From Planctomycetes bacterium TMED75 (GTDB taxonomy: Bacteria > Planctomycetota > Phycisphaerae > Phycisphaerales > SM1A02), in NCBI GenBank assembly GCA_002171655.1, contig NHEC01000016.1:3656-67655 (forward strand): a DNA stretch of 64,000 nucleotides, given 5' to 3'. Numbering within the stretch: the first letter of the stretch is position 1; the number at the start of each line of letters is the position of its first letter. The translations under genes and the position numbers were made by a program. Under the pieces are notes generated by a model, which made no database searches, was not told where the DNA came from, and worked only from the letters and a program-made list of their open reading frames with translations. This document shows, piece by piece, positions 1 to 9,829 of the stretch.

Positions 1-919
1 AAACGACTCCACCATCTCTCAGGGTTGCTTTCTCGGACTCCGTGATCACGGGTGATTCCAGCATGAGCTCTCGATATTTCACAGGCTGGGCCGCATACCA
101 CAGCAGGGAGACACCCCATCCACGGACTTCGCTCCAGGAGAGCTCTGTCCGCTCAGGGTCGATCTCGCGAATAAATCGCAAGGCCACCTCTTCACCAGCT
201 TTTCGCCAGGCTTTTCTGCGTTCCGATTGAGAAGAGACTCCATCTAATCCCATGAGCACGCCCATGTGAAGCTCTTCGGGCGTCATCTTGGATTCCCTAG
301 AAATATCGATGATGATCGGAACCAGCACTTGCAGCCGGAAGAATTCATCCGGAGTCAGTTCTCCATCGGATTCCGGCTTTCGAAGTCCAAACCCCACACG
401 CTGGGAACCCATCACCGCTCCGGCACCAATGAATCTCAGGTATCCATCCACAACCCCGGGGATCACCCGGTCCTCGAAGAATGCCTCAATGACTTCTGAA
501 CGCCCGCTGCCAAACTCCTCGATTGCCCATTGTTTCATGATTCGAAGCCAGAGAATCCCGGATTCGACCCTGCGCACGAGTTCAGGCCAAGCAAACTTCG
601 AGCCGGTGGGGCGTTCAAACCAAAAGAGGGTGTCTCCGAGGCCACCCTCGAGACGACTCCATCCATTGACCCCTTCAAGCTCCACGGGCAAGGAGTCATC
701 GAACGTGGCTTCGAAGTACGCCCCTCCTCCTGTGGAATTGGCCAGAGGCTCATGTCCGTAACTTTCCTTCAGACTCCTCAGTTCCCGACTGGACGGGGCG
801 TTGTCACTGAACATGCGCTGCGGACTTCCGGACTGTTCGCGCATTGTCACCCGGTACTCCCTCTGTTTGCACGAAGACAGTACCGCCAGAAGCCCAACTA
901 ACAGAAGAACCTTCTTCAT
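1..919 (-). CDS. Hypothetical lipoprotein; C-terminus runs off the window edge
   Basis: Absent from the supplied ORF track because the window truncates it. Manual reverse-complement translation from the ATG at 919-917 gives MKKVLLLVGLLAVLSSCKQREYRV..., a signal peptide plus an LSSC lipobox. The frame stays open for 306 codons down to position 1. Its start lies 3 nt after the stop of the upstream NUDIX gene. Confidence 0.6.
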   Translation of the reverse strand, partial: MKKVLLLVGLLAVLSSCKQREYRVTMREQSGSPQRMFSDNAPSSRELRSLKESYGHEPLANSTGGGAYFEATFDDSLPVELEGVNGWSRLEGGLGDTLFWFERPTGSKFAWPELVRRVESGILWLRIMKQWAIEEFGSGRSEVIEAFFEDRVIPGVVDGYLRFIGAGAVMGSQRVGFGLRKPESDGELTPDEFFRLQVLVPIIIDISRESKMTPEELHMGVLMGLDGVSSQSERRKAWRKAGEEVALRFIREIDPERTELSWSEVRGWGVSLLWYAAQPVKYRELMLESPVITESEKATLRDGGVV

Positions 920-921
920 GT

Positions 922-1497
922 TCAAACCTCCTCCGATAGGAAGTGCGGCAGAAGCCTCACCTTGAAATCAATCAACATCCCCTCATCAATCCGCTCATGG
1001 ATCCACGGGTTCAGTTCAACCAGGGGAACCAGGTGGACCCTGATCCGCTCGTCTCCGACTCCACCTCCTGCGGACGCTTTCACCAGGTCTTTAGCCCGCA
1101 CGATGTCAACCAGTTCATTGGTGAGCCCGCTGCTGCTTGGCCCTGCCATCAACCATTCAAAATGGCTGAGCGGCGCGGTGTACCCCGTTTCTTCGAGAAG
1201 TTCCCGACGTGCGGCCTCAAGTGGGGTTTCCTCATGCTCGTCACCAACCAAACCTGCCGGCAACTCAATCACAATCGCGCCCAGTGGCGGTCGCAATTGT
1301 TCGACCAGAAGGACTTCTCGTTCTGGAGTCATCCCGGCCACGCCAACGACTCCGGCCCCCTTCGTCCGGCGGACAAACTCCCAGGCACCCACTCGGGCCA
1401 GTTCCAAGTGGTTCCCGGTGAAGAGGGAATCAGGGCTGGATGTGCGCGATGAACTCATCAGCAGTACCCTATCCTGCTGATCGACAGCGAGGAACAA
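922..1497 (-). CDS. NUDIX hydrolase (ADP-ribose pyrophosphatase-like)
   Basis: Nudix box GLVGDEHEETPLEAARRELLEETGY fits GX5EX7REUXEEXGU. An alternative start is the ATG at 1458 (MSSSRTS...). Confidence 0.8.
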   Translation of the reverse strand: MFLAVDQQDRVLLMSSSRTSSPDSLFTGNHLELARVGAWEFVRRTKGAGVVGVAGMTPEREVLLVEQLRPPLGAIVIELPAGLVGDEHEETPLEAARRELLEETGYTAPLSHFEWLMAGPSSSGLTNELVDIVRAKDLVKASAGGGVGDERIRVHLVPLVELNPWIHERIDEGMLIDFKVRLLPHFLSEEV

Positions 1498-1599
1498 TTC
1501 TCAGGGTTTTCGCCTGATCGACATCGTAAAAAGCGAGTCTGTCGGCAGTTCACTACACGGATCACCTGATTCACGGGCACTTCTGAAGGAATCACCAAC

Positions 1600-2205
1600 A
1601 TGCTCGACACGTCTCCGCGCACCGTGGTCCTTGTTGATGGAAGCATCGAATCGCTCACCTGCGCGGCGATCGCGATGGATCGCATCGAGGCCAACAACCA
1701 ATCGGCAAAGGTGCTCGCCCTCTCATTCTTTGAACGCAGCGAAAGCGCCGAAAATCATTCCCTTCAGCAGGCAATTGAGCGACAGTTCGAATTCCTCGGA
1801 TGCACCCCCTCATCTACCGAACTTCAGGCTTCAGTTGGACGCCTGGGGCTGGTGAAAGCGCTTGACTTGGCCGGGCCTCAAGGAACCATCCTGTGGGGGC
1901 ATCGCTGCACAATGAACCCTGACGCCATTGCCGACACCCTGGCCTTGGTGGACCACCTTGCCGGAGTTGCTCGATACAGCCAGCCTTCCTACCTGGTTCA
2001 CTTCGACCTCCCGTTGTTGGATCTCACTGCAGGGCAGGTACTTGATCTCGCTTCGGCTCTGGGGGCCCCCCTCGGAGCATGTTGGAGCTGCCAGCACGCG
2101 GGTCACGCACCCTGTGGCGAGTGCCCCAGCTGCTCGAGTTGGCTTGAGGCCTCAAAAGCCTCGGGCAGGCCACTTCCCTGGGTTGAAACCCCCACAGTGG
2201 GGTAA
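1600..2205 (+). CDS. QueC-family (7-cyano-7-deazaguanine synthase-like) protein with a degenerate PP-loop
   Basis: The N-terminus VVLVDGSIESLTC aligns to QueC VVVFSGGQDSTTC, but the SGGxDS motif is not conserved. The C-terminal Cys cluster CWSCQHAGHAPCGECPSC resembles the QueC zinc site. Confidence 0.6.
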   Translation: MLDTSPRTVVLVDGSIESLTCAAIAMDRIEANNQSAKVLALSFFERSESAENHSLQQAIERQFEFLGCTPSSTELQASVGRLGLVKALDLAGPQGTILWGHRCTMNPDAIADTLALVDHLAGVARYSQPSYLVHFDLPLLDLTAGQVLDLASALGAPLGACWSCQHAGHAPCGECPSCSSWLEASKASGRPLPWVETPTVG

Positions 2206-2297
2206 TCAGCAGTGGGCCTACTTGAGTTGCGGGCCCAGAAGCGGTACCCTTCTCGATTCACCGTCGGTTCAGACGGCCCAGCCATCAGGAGCAGAAC

Positions 2298-2618
2298 GTG
2301 TACGCGATCATCGAAGACAGTGGCACTCAGATCAAGGTATCCGAAGGGGACGTGATCGAAATTGATCACCGCGAAGGGGAAGAGGGTTCTACTCTGCTCT
2401 TCGATAAGGTCCTGGCCATCGGTGACAACAGCTCGGATGATGCGGCTCGAGTCGGTCGCCCCTACCTCGATGGAGCCTCGGTTTCCGCTGAGGTGGTCGA
2501 GGAATTCAAGACTGACAAGCTCCATGTGATCAAGTTCAAGCGTCGCAAGGGCTACCGAAGAAAGATTGGTCATCGCCAGGACATGCTCCGAGTCAAGATC
2601 GACTCGATCTCGGGCTGA
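2298..2618 (+). CDS. rplU: 50S ribosomal protein L21
   Basis: MYAIIEDSGTQIKVSEGD...KFKRRKGYRRKIGHRQ is typical L21. GTG start, with an AGGAG about 7 nt upstream. Confidence 0.93.
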   Translation: MYAIIEDSGTQIKVSEGDVIEIDHREGEEGSTLLFDKVLAIGDNSSDDAARVGRPYLDGASVSAEVVEEFKTDKLHVIKFKRRKGYRRKIGHRQDMLRVKIDSISG

Positions 2619-2667
2619 ACCGGACCTCTTCCAGTTTCGACCATGTTTTCAAATCCAGCACGAACCA

Positions 2668-3672
2668 CTAGGTTCGCGCGAGGAGTTCCTGCACCTTCTG
2701 GGTCGATTCAGGCTCCCGAGTCCGGCAACTCAAGCGGGTCGCCTCGCAGGTAGCGATCGTCAGTCCAGCATCAACTTGATGCAGTGGCTCCCACTGACCC
2801 GAACTCCAAAGATCGACTTCTTCCGCGGCTTGCACGGTCGCCGACTGGAATTCGTCAGTCTTTGAGACATGTTCCTCTATGGGCTTCCCGTCAGGTCCCC
2901 TCCAGGAGACTCCGTCCTGGCCGATAGAGACGGTTCCGCTCGGCCCCAGGACCTGCACCCGGCGGTCCCAGCAGGCGTGATCGCTGGCAGAAATGGTCGC
3001 CAATCCCAGAGGTTGGCAGCGAATCAAGGCGCCGATATCTCCGGTCAGTTGCGAAAGGCCCTCCGGCAGTTGCTCGCTTTGGACTCGCGCTCCTTCGGAG
3101 CTTGGCGTGGCGGGGGGAGGAACCAGCATTGCATCGATCATGTCGGGGCCACCCAGAACCGTCAGGACCGTAGTGACCGCGTCATACAGACGCGCATAGA
3201 GACTCCCCTGGCCGCTCCCACAGTGGGACCTCACGTGAAGTGAAGTAATGGGACCGAAACCATCAAAGATCTGCATCGCGGCCTTGAAGCCGTTTGATCT
3301 GACAAACGCCCCCATCAGCTGCACAGGCTGATTGACTGCCGTGGGGCGCTCCAGTGGCTCCAGAGTGCAGAGTCGTGGCTCACCCTGAAGCGTCAGGGTC
3401 GGATCAAATTTTCGGTCGGCCAGCAGGACCGCCGAGGCGCCACATTCGACCGGACCGGTTCGCAGGTCATCAAAGGCCGCAAACGACGCACCATCACTGA
3501 GAACTGGTGGCTCGGAGACTCCCGGGGTACCGACTCCCTTGACGGGCGTTCTCAGTTGAGAAACTACGCTCATGGCATAGCCAAGCACCTGGGGGCTGGC
3601 CCAGACGGCCAATCCAGGCATCGAGACCGGGTGAGAAGCTGGTGGTGAAGTGATTTCCGAAGTCATCGCCAT
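2668..3672 (-). CDS. Hypothetical protein (334 aa)
   Basis: This is the track ORF 2668..3972 trimmed to the internal ATG at 3672 (MAMTSEITS...). The upstream 100 codons are antisense to the RNase P RNA. I recognised no family. Confidence 0.5.
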   Translation of the reverse strand: MAMTSEITSPPASHPVSMPGLAVWASPQVLGYAMSVVSQLRTPVKGVGTPGVSEPPVLSDGASFAAFDDLRTGPVECGASAVLLADRKFDPTLTLQGEPRLCTLEPLERPTAVNQPVQLMGAFVRSNGFKAAMQIFDGFGPITSLHVRSHCGSGQGSLYARLYDAVTTVLTVLGGPDMIDAMLVPPPATPSSEGARVQSEQLPEGLSQLTGDIGALIRCQPLGLATISASDHACWDRRVQVLGPSGTVSIGQDGVSWRGPDGKPIEEHVSKTDEFQSATVQAAEEVDLWSSGQWEPLHQVDAGLTIATCEATRLSCRTREPESTQKVQELLART

Positions 3673-3715
3673 AAGTGTAGCTTCGCGATCAAAGCCCGGC
3701 ACCGTGACGTATACT

Positions 3716-4134
3716 CGTGGCGTGGAAGGGTGATCGCTCCGATGAATCCATCGGTGAGGAAAGTCCGAGCACGACAGGACACGGTGGTGGGTAACACCCA
3801 CCGGCTCATGGTTGCAAGTCAGGGAAAGTGCCACAGAGAAAAGACCGCCTACCCCGCTTCGGCGGGCGGCAAGGGTGAAACGGTGCGGTAAGAGCGCACC
3901 GCCCGTCCGGTGACGGCCGGGGCACGGCAAACCCCACCGCGTGCAAGCGCAAGCAGCTCCTTCGTCGGCCATGCCGGCGTACTCGTGGTCCGCGAGTGGA
4001 GCGGGTCGCGTGCTCGAATGGGTTCGTATTGCGAGCTCATTCGGAGGCTGTTGGCGACAACAGCTCTAGAGAAATGATTGCCAAGGCGTTCGCGCTGAAC
4101 AGAACTCGGCTTACATTCCACCGCAACCTTCCAC
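3716..4134 (+). ncRNA. rnpB: RNase P RNA, bacterial type A
   Basis: Universal motifs are present: GAGGAAAGTCCGAGC (P4 5' strand), ACAGAGAAAAGACCGCC, GGTAAGAGCGCACCG and ACAGAACTCGGCTTAC (P4 3' strand). A P3 hairpin ccgatgaatccatcgg is visible. P1 pairing joins cgtggaagg (3721-3729) to ttccac/ccttccacg (about 4116-4134). Ends are uncertain by about 15 nt. Confidence 0.9.
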
Positions 4135-4165
4135 GGCAGGGACTTCCTTGCCGTGGTTTTTCAAC

Positions 4166-4471
4166 TCAGCCCTTGCTGAACAACTGATTTCGAAGTTGCT
4201 CGACTGCGACCAGGGACCGCTCATCAAGCTCCGCACCCGCCACGGCTTGTTCGAAACAGCCTTGCCCAAGAAGTAATGGCAACGGATCGGTTTCCCCCAG
4301 GCTGTCTGAGAGAGTGCGCAGTAAACGCCTCTGTGAACGGTTGAGGCCCAGTCGTCTGGCAAAACGATCCCGGCGATGCACGACCGGTCGCCAGTACAGA
4401 GTGAGGCCCACCCCGCACATTCCAACAAGGATCAAGCCGATCGAGACAACATTGAGGGGATCAAGACTCAT
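4166..4471 (-). CDS. Small membrane protein, hypothetical
   Basis: One N-terminal TM helix (VVSIGLILVGMCGVGLTLYW). Its start overlaps the stop of the upstream 652-aa gene by 4 nt. Confidence 0.5.
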   Translation of the reverse strand: MSLDPLNVVSIGLILVGMCGVGLTLYWRPVVHRRDRFARRLGLNRSQRRLLRTLSDSLGETDPLPLLLGQGCFEQAVAGAELDERSLVAVEQLRNQLFSKG

Positions 4472-6426
4472 GAGGCTCGTTCTCCAACCTGGGATGCTCG
4501 AAGAGATCGCAGGGCGATTCGACCGGTTTCGTGGAGTTCGACTTCCGATGCCCCTTCAAGAAGTCGAAGGACTCGGGAACTGAACGTGGCTTCACCACTC
4601 AATCGTGCTCCTTCCAGAGCGGCGAGTCGTTCTCGAACGGTCGGGCCGGAGAACAGCGATTCAACCAGAGACATGAATCCCACGGGATCCCGCGAGTGAA
4701 GCGCCCGGAGCGCAACTCGACGGATTCTCGCGTCAGAAGTCCGCGCCAATCGCTCAAGCAGTGCCCGATCGATGACGTGGCAGCCAAGCTTGACGCAGTC
4801 TGACCCACTGAGCGACGTCGCCGCCTCGAGTGCTGACTGCTGAACTGCGGGCGAGGTATCTGCAAGCCCACGAAGGATCGCCCGAGCGGACTCGCTGGAG
4901 GTGCCATGCGCCAAAAGTCGCAGGGCACGACTACGGACTTCGTTGCCGTGCTGGGAGGACTGAACACCGCTGAGATTCAAGAGCTCATTCTCGAATTCCC
5001 GGGCGATTCCTCTTCGGTTGATGATTTCAAGCGCTGACGTGATCGACGAGGCATTTCCCGTCGTCAGTACGCGCCGCAGCATGGATGCAAGCGCATTGGG
5101 CCGGTCGCGATGATGGACGAGAGAACACGCTGCCGCCTGCCCGGGAGTGAGCGAGGCCAGTGCGGCTTCCAGCTGTTGCAGAGTCGGGCGCCATCGAGTC
5201 CCTTCGATGGTGCGAGCACCAGAAGACTCCGACCGATGCAGATCTCGAAGGGCTCTTGATTGTGACTCGGAAGGGGGCATGCGTTGGAGAAACCCACGCG
5301 CCAATGAGTGCGTCAGGGGATCTCCACATGTTCCCAGAAGCCCGAGACGACTGGCAACCAGCTCCCGGTCATCGTGGCAATCAAAAAGAATTCGTGGAGC
5401 CTGGCGAAGGAGTACGGGATCCACCGAGGCGGTCTTGCGCAACAGGCCTGCAAGGCGAGCTGGAACTCGGGAACCGATGAGATGCCTCCGCAAGGTGGGA
5501 GATGCCAACAGGTGCCCACTCTCGGTCAAGATTGCACTGAGTTGCGAGGGGCGTGCGGATTCGAGCGCTTCCAGAGCTGGCTCTCCCAACAAGGGGCATT
5601 CAAGCAGTCGGATCAACTGCTTGCGTATGGCTCCAGACCGGATGGTACGAACCGCCCTTTGCATGAGGGCACGTACCGGAGGCGCAAGGGTCGAGCAGTT
5701 GAGGCCATCCCCCGAATCAAAGGACGGGCTGGAGCAGTCCAGATCCCCGGCACGAAGGAGAACTGCCGACAAGACGGCTTCATCTGGACAGGTATCCAGT
5801 GGCTGCCCCAAAGACGCCTCGAGTGCACGACACAGGTGGACCCGATTTGATCCGAATTGATACTGGAGCTCCAGAGCCTCAAGGAGAAGGCATTTGTGCA
5901 GGATCGGGGCAGCGGAGGGGGTGGTGGCGAGCAGGAGACCCAGCAAGGCGGGCCGATCCGGAGTCGATCGATCAGCCAACACGCAGGCGACTTCCGGAAT
6001 CAGATCATCCGGGCAGTCCGAGAGCACCCGAGCAAGGGTTTCGGCTGAGGCATCGAGTCGTGGGAGCTGCGCCCTTCGAGCCTGGACCTGATCCAGATCA
6101 TCATCCAATCTCAAGGCACCTTTTTGGTCCCTTTGGCGAAGCAGCTGCAACCCCAATGAGATCGCTTTCGAATGGTCAGATCTCAACAACGTTTGGATCA
6201 GTTCCTCGGCCTGAGTCTGGTCCGAATGCCGCAAGGCAGTACGGACCCCAGACTCAACCACTCTCAGCTCAGACGGATGGTCGAGCTCGAAAAGCAAAGA
6301 AACACGATCAGCCGCGCTCCAGGGCTTGGAAGGTGACCGTGAAGAGGAGAAAAAGGGCAGTAATTGCGCAATAAACCGCCTCAAACCGCCATCATGATGT
6401 CTGTCTTGAACTGTGGCCATACGCAT
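4468..6426 (-). CDS. Hypothetical alpha-helical repeat (HEAT/ARM-like) protein
   Basis: A 652-aa Leu/Ala/Arg-rich helical repeat sequence with recurring ...RxRALRALxxx... units. No catalytic motif seen. Confidence 0.55.
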   Translation of the reverse strand: MRMATVQDRHHDGGLRRFIAQLLPFFSSSRSPSKPWSAADRVSLLFELDHPSELRVVESGVRTALRHSDQTQAEELIQTLLRSDHSKAISLGLQLLRQRDQKGALRLDDDLDQVQARRAQLPRLDASAETLARVLSDCPDDLIPEVACVLADRSTPDRPALLGLLLATTPSAAPILHKCLLLEALELQYQFGSNRVHLCRALEASLGQPLDTCPDEAVLSAVLLRAGDLDCSSPSFDSGDGLNCSTLAPPVRALMQRAVRTIRSGAIRKQLIRLLECPLLGEPALEALESARPSQLSAILTESGHLLASPTLRRHLIGSRVPARLAGLLRKTASVDPVLLRQAPRILFDCHDDRELVASRLGLLGTCGDPLTHSLARGFLQRMPPSESQSRALRDLHRSESSGARTIEGTRWRPTLQQLEAALASLTPGQAAACSLVHHRDRPNALASMLRRVLTTGNASSITSALEIINRRGIAREFENELLNLSGVQSSQHGNEVRSRALRLLAHGTSSESARAILRGLADTSPAVQQSALEAATSLSGSDCVKLGCHVIDRALLERLARTSDARIRRVALRALHSRDPVGFMSLVESLFSGPTVRERLAALEGARLSGEATFSSRVLRLLEGASEVELHETGRIALRSLRASQVGERAS

Positions 6427-7005
6427 CCTGCCTCTGGCTATGGACTTCCGTCCTGAAACCCTATTTCGGCTCGATCAGGCCGGAAACTTCAATATCCTCT
6501 CACCGGCCCAGCAAAGCGCCCAGAACCTCGCACGTGACTGAAAAACGTTTTACGAACTTTGGCTGTTTATGCTTGTCTCGAACGAGAATCTGTAGAGAAT
6601 ACGTGCTTGATCAACCGGGCAAGAGCCTGGTGGACAATCCGAAACTCACCCAAACTTTTAGGAAGAAGATGGTGAAAGGTGAAGACCCGTGGGACTTGCG
6701 GGTGTTTTGCGACACTCGACGCATGGATGCGACGAACGTTTCGTCACACGAAGGACCGCGGAACCGCCACTCGGAAAAAAAGCATGCCACTGAAGAAGGA
6801 CGGTGGCATCGGTGAATTCGGAGCGAAAGCAGTACGGCTACATGAAGTTTGATTGCATCCACAACGCCTCTTGACTGTTCAAGGGGTCACATGTTGAGTT
6901 TCTGCGCCGGGCAGAGCCAACACACCCGACCGGCACGGCTCACCCCGCGCCTCAATCGGGCTGACTAGACAACTGCCGCTTGAAAGCGGACGTAGGAGAA
7001 AAACA

Positions 7006-7650
7006 ATGGTTCATTCCTCCTGCGGCAAACGGCCACGGAACTTCGGCCAAGGAAAAATCATGACCGTTCCATCTCGCAGTACATCACTACAGGCCTATTC
7101 GATGCTTGTGTATCGCAAGGCACTTCACCCAGAATTCTTCGGTATTGAAGGTCGCTCGCACCTCTCCCATGATGGCATGGATTTCGAGGGTTGGATCTTC
7201 CGCGGCGGCCACGTCGCACGTTTCCAGATCGATGGACAGTGTGTTTGTGAAGTGCTCATTGAACAGACCGATACCCTCCCGGAGCGTGGCCTCGTCACCT
7301 CGATGCCATGCGCCGGCGAAAAAGACTTCGAGGAGCAGTTCTCGAAGAGGCTCGTCTACATGACGAGCATGCAGACTGAGACTCTCTCCGAACACCTCTT
7401 TCTGAGTACTTACAAGGAAATGATCGAACACGCCAGGGAATCTGACGCGATCATGTCCGCTTGGACCGATGAACTCGGTCGACCAAATCTTTCCCTGATG
7501 GATACTCAGCGATATCGCAATGAGGTCCACCTTCAGGGTTACCATCTTCGCTCTGACTGCGGACTGGTTCTGAGAACCCAGACCCTTTTTCAGGTCGATG
7601 CCAAGAATGAGGAAGCCGACGCGGAGGCTGAAAAGGCTGGCAGCTCCTGA
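7006..7650 (+). CDS. Conserved hypothetical protein (DUF2617-like)
   Basis: AGGAG lies 7 nt upstream of the ATG. The motif LVYRKALHPEFF resembles the DUF2617 signature as I recall it. The family assignment is tentative. Confidence 0.55.
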   Translation: MVHSSCGKRPRNFGQGKIMTVPSRSTSLQAYSMLVYRKALHPEFFGIEGRSHLSHDGMDFEGWIFRGGHVARFQIDGQCVCEVLIEQTDTLPERGLVTSMPCAGEKDFEEQFSKRLVYMTSMQTETLSEHLFLSTYKEMIEHARESDAIMSAWTDELGRPNLSLMDTQRYRNEVHLQGYHLRSDCGLVLRTQTLFQVDAKNEEADAEAEKAGSS

Positions 7651-7740
7651 CCGGGCCCCGCCGACAGGCCGCATCAAACCCCTCCTGGGGTACACTCATG
7701 AATTCAGACAGCAGGCGACTCGGTCGCCTGCTGTTTCTTC

Positions 7741-8859
7741 ATGGCCCATCCATTGGACTCGCCCCGTATGAGCTGCCTTGCGACAACCTCCTTGATTCCC
7801 ATGCCGACCGATCCCGCATGGCGAACCGCGATGGGCATTCTGGCGGCCGCAGGCTCGATGGCGTGCTGGGTCTTCACTTCGCTGTCATTCACCACCGCAG
7901 GCAAACGTTTTGGGTCAACCAGCGTCAACGTTGTCAGAAGCGTGCTCGCGGCGCTGATCCTGGTCGCCGTGGTCTGGAGCATTGGCGACGCAGCGTTTCC
8001 CTTTCCATCTGACAGCAGGCTGTGGCTTCTGGGTGTTTCCGGTGTCTTTGGACTGGCGGTGGGAGACCAGCTGATCTTTTCGGCTTTTAACCGCATCGGT
8101 CCACGAATCACACTGCTCATCCTCAACTTGGTTCCGGTACTGACCGCATTAATCGCGTGGCCAGGACTTGGGGAAGAGCTTGCTCCAATCGCATGGTTTG
8201 GAATTCTCATGACTCTGGTAGGAGTGGGGTGGGTGCTTGCAGACGGCCAACCTCCTGCCTCTGAGCGTGATGGCTACAGCCGCCCGCGACTGGGGCTCTG
8301 GCTTGCACTCTTTGGTGTTCTTTCCGTGTCCATAGGAAACGTCCTTGCCAAACATGGAATGCTGGTTCCATCGGTCAGTGTCGAGGGGGGACCACCTCAG
8401 ACAGAAGTCGGGCCCTTGGTGGCTCAGGAAATCAGAATGCTTTTTGGTGCAGCGGCAATCGTGTTGCTTCTCGGGTTCGCCCGGATCACCGGCCAAGCCA
8501 TCGGGACCCCTCCGACCGATGTTCCCGAGGCGATGCCCCGACGATCGACCGCAATGGCTGTTCTGCTTTTAGGCACGGTGCTGGGGCCAATTCTTGGCAT
8601 GATTCTCTTTCTGTACTCGGCATTACTCGTGAAGCTAGCGGTAACCACCACGATTCTTGCACTCACTCCCGTGGCGGTCCTGCCGTTCAATCGATTGGTT
8701 GATCGCACTCCCATTACCAGACGAGCCCTTGCGGGCGCCATACTCGGTGTGATTGGAGTCACCATTCTCGCATTTGCCGAACCGGGAAAGGTCGACCCCT
8801 CTGCAAGCCAGCCGCAAGGGTCCGTACCCCCAGATCAGCCGCTACACTCGATGCCATGA
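7741..8859 (+). CDS. EamA/DMT-family transporter
   Basis: About 10 predicted TM helices in two EamA-like halves. Typical Gly/Leu/Val-rich composition. Confidence 0.75.
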   Translation: MAHPLDSPRMSCLATTSLIPMPTDPAWRTAMGILAAAGSMACWVFTSLSFTTAGKRFGSTSVNVVRSVLAALILVAVVWSIGDAAFPFPSDSRLWLLGVSGVFGLAVGDQLIFSAFNRIGPRITLLILNLVPVLTALIAWPGLGEELAPIAWFGILMTLVGVGWVLADGQPPASERDGYSRPRLGLWLALFGVLSVSIGNVLAKHGMLVPSVSVEGGPPQTEVGPLVAQEIRMLFGAAAIVLLLGFARITGQAIGTPPTDVPEAMPRRSTAMAVLLLGTVLGPILGMILFLYSALLVKLAVTTTILALTPVAVLPFNRLVDRTPITRRALAGAILGVIGVTILAFAEPGKVDPSASQPQGSVPPDQPLHSMP

Positions 8860-9680
8860 GCGAACTCCAGGAGAGCAGTGGAACAACTGGACGCGCCGCG
8901 GTGCAGGCGGTCAGGACCGATCAACTCCTGGGAATCGACCAGGTTCTGGTCACCGCTTCGCCAATCAGCCCTTCCAGTTCTCATTCGAGCACTCAACCAG
9001 GCTCCACAGGCATGCCCTTGCGTCAGGATCCGCCAGTAGAACTGGCCGAGGCATTCCCACCGGGCCCGGAGATCACCCTTCTCGACAACGGAACACCGCA
9101 GCAGCAGCTCGAACACCTGCGAGTGACGCACGAACGAGATTGCCCGCACTGCACCCGATCGACTACCCACCAGCACGTTGTCTTCGGAGAAGGAGCTCCT
9201 GATGCCGAGTTGATGTTCGTGGGCGAGGCACCCGGAGCGGAGGAAGACAGGACCGGCCGGCCATTTGTCGGCCGAGCCGGAGCCAAGCTGGATGAGATGA
9301 TCACGGCAATGGGGTTTCGTCGAGAACAGGTCTACATCGCCAATGTGCTCAAGACAAGACCCCCGGAAAACCGCACCCCACTGCAGCATGAGGTTGAAGC
9401 GTGTGGACCCTATCTGGCGGCTCAAACGCGAATCATCCGGCCTCGTGCAATCGTGGCCCTTGGTGGACCCGCTGCGAAATTGTTGCTCCAAACAGAGACC
9501 GGCATCACCCAGCTCAGGGGGGTCTGGGGACACTATCAGGCGGGCAACGATTCTGTTCCCATCATGCCGACCTTCCATCCCGCATACCTGCTCAGAAACC
9601 CCACCCGCGAAGTGCGGGGGCAAGTGTGGAACGACCTCAAAGCCGTCCTGGCTCGCCTGGGACGTGAGGTGCCCGGCTGA
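8856..9680 (+). CDS. Uracil-DNA glycosylase, family 4, with an N-terminal extension of about 90 aa
   Basis: Family-4 motifs are [23 protein letters not shown] and HPAYLLRN, plus CPHC cysteines. ATGA start/stop overlap with the transporter gene. Confidence 0.85.
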   Translation: MSELQESSGTTGRAAVQAVRTDQLLGIDQVLVTASPISPSSSHSSTQPGSTGMPLRQDPPVELAEAFPPGPEITLLDNGTPQQQLEHLRVTHERDCPHCTRSTTHQHVVFGEGAPDAELMFVGEAPGAEEDRTGRPFVGRAGAKLDEMITAMGFRREQVYIANVLKTRPPENRTPLQHEVEACGPYLAAQTRIIRPRAIVALGGPAAKLLLQTETGITQLRGVWGHYQAGNDSVPIMPTFHPAYLLRNPTREVRGQVWNDLKAVLARLGREVPG

Positions 9681-9829
9681 TCGGCGAGTTCAACTCAGTT
9701 TTTTTTTTCAATTGGGGGAACCTTTGACGTCGGGATACGAATTAACTGATGAACACCCCCACGAAAGTTCCACCGAATCTGCTGCATTTGGTGGAATTTT
9801 TTTATGAGCCCTGCTCGTGAATCCGGGCC

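Noticed and set aside
1600-2205. The QueC-like gene as part of a QatABCD- or Dpd-type defence or DNA-modification system.
   Set aside because: No ATPase, TatD, DpdA/TGT-like or other partner genes are adjacent. Its neighbours are NUDIX and rplU.
3673-3972. The N-terminal 100 codons of the 434-aa minus-strand track ORF (2668..3972).
   Set aside because: This stretch is antisense to the RNase P RNA, whose conserved motifs are unmistakable on the plus strand. The translation there is Arg/Cys/His-rich (RWGLPCPGRHRTGG...). I trimmed the CDS to the ATG at 3672.
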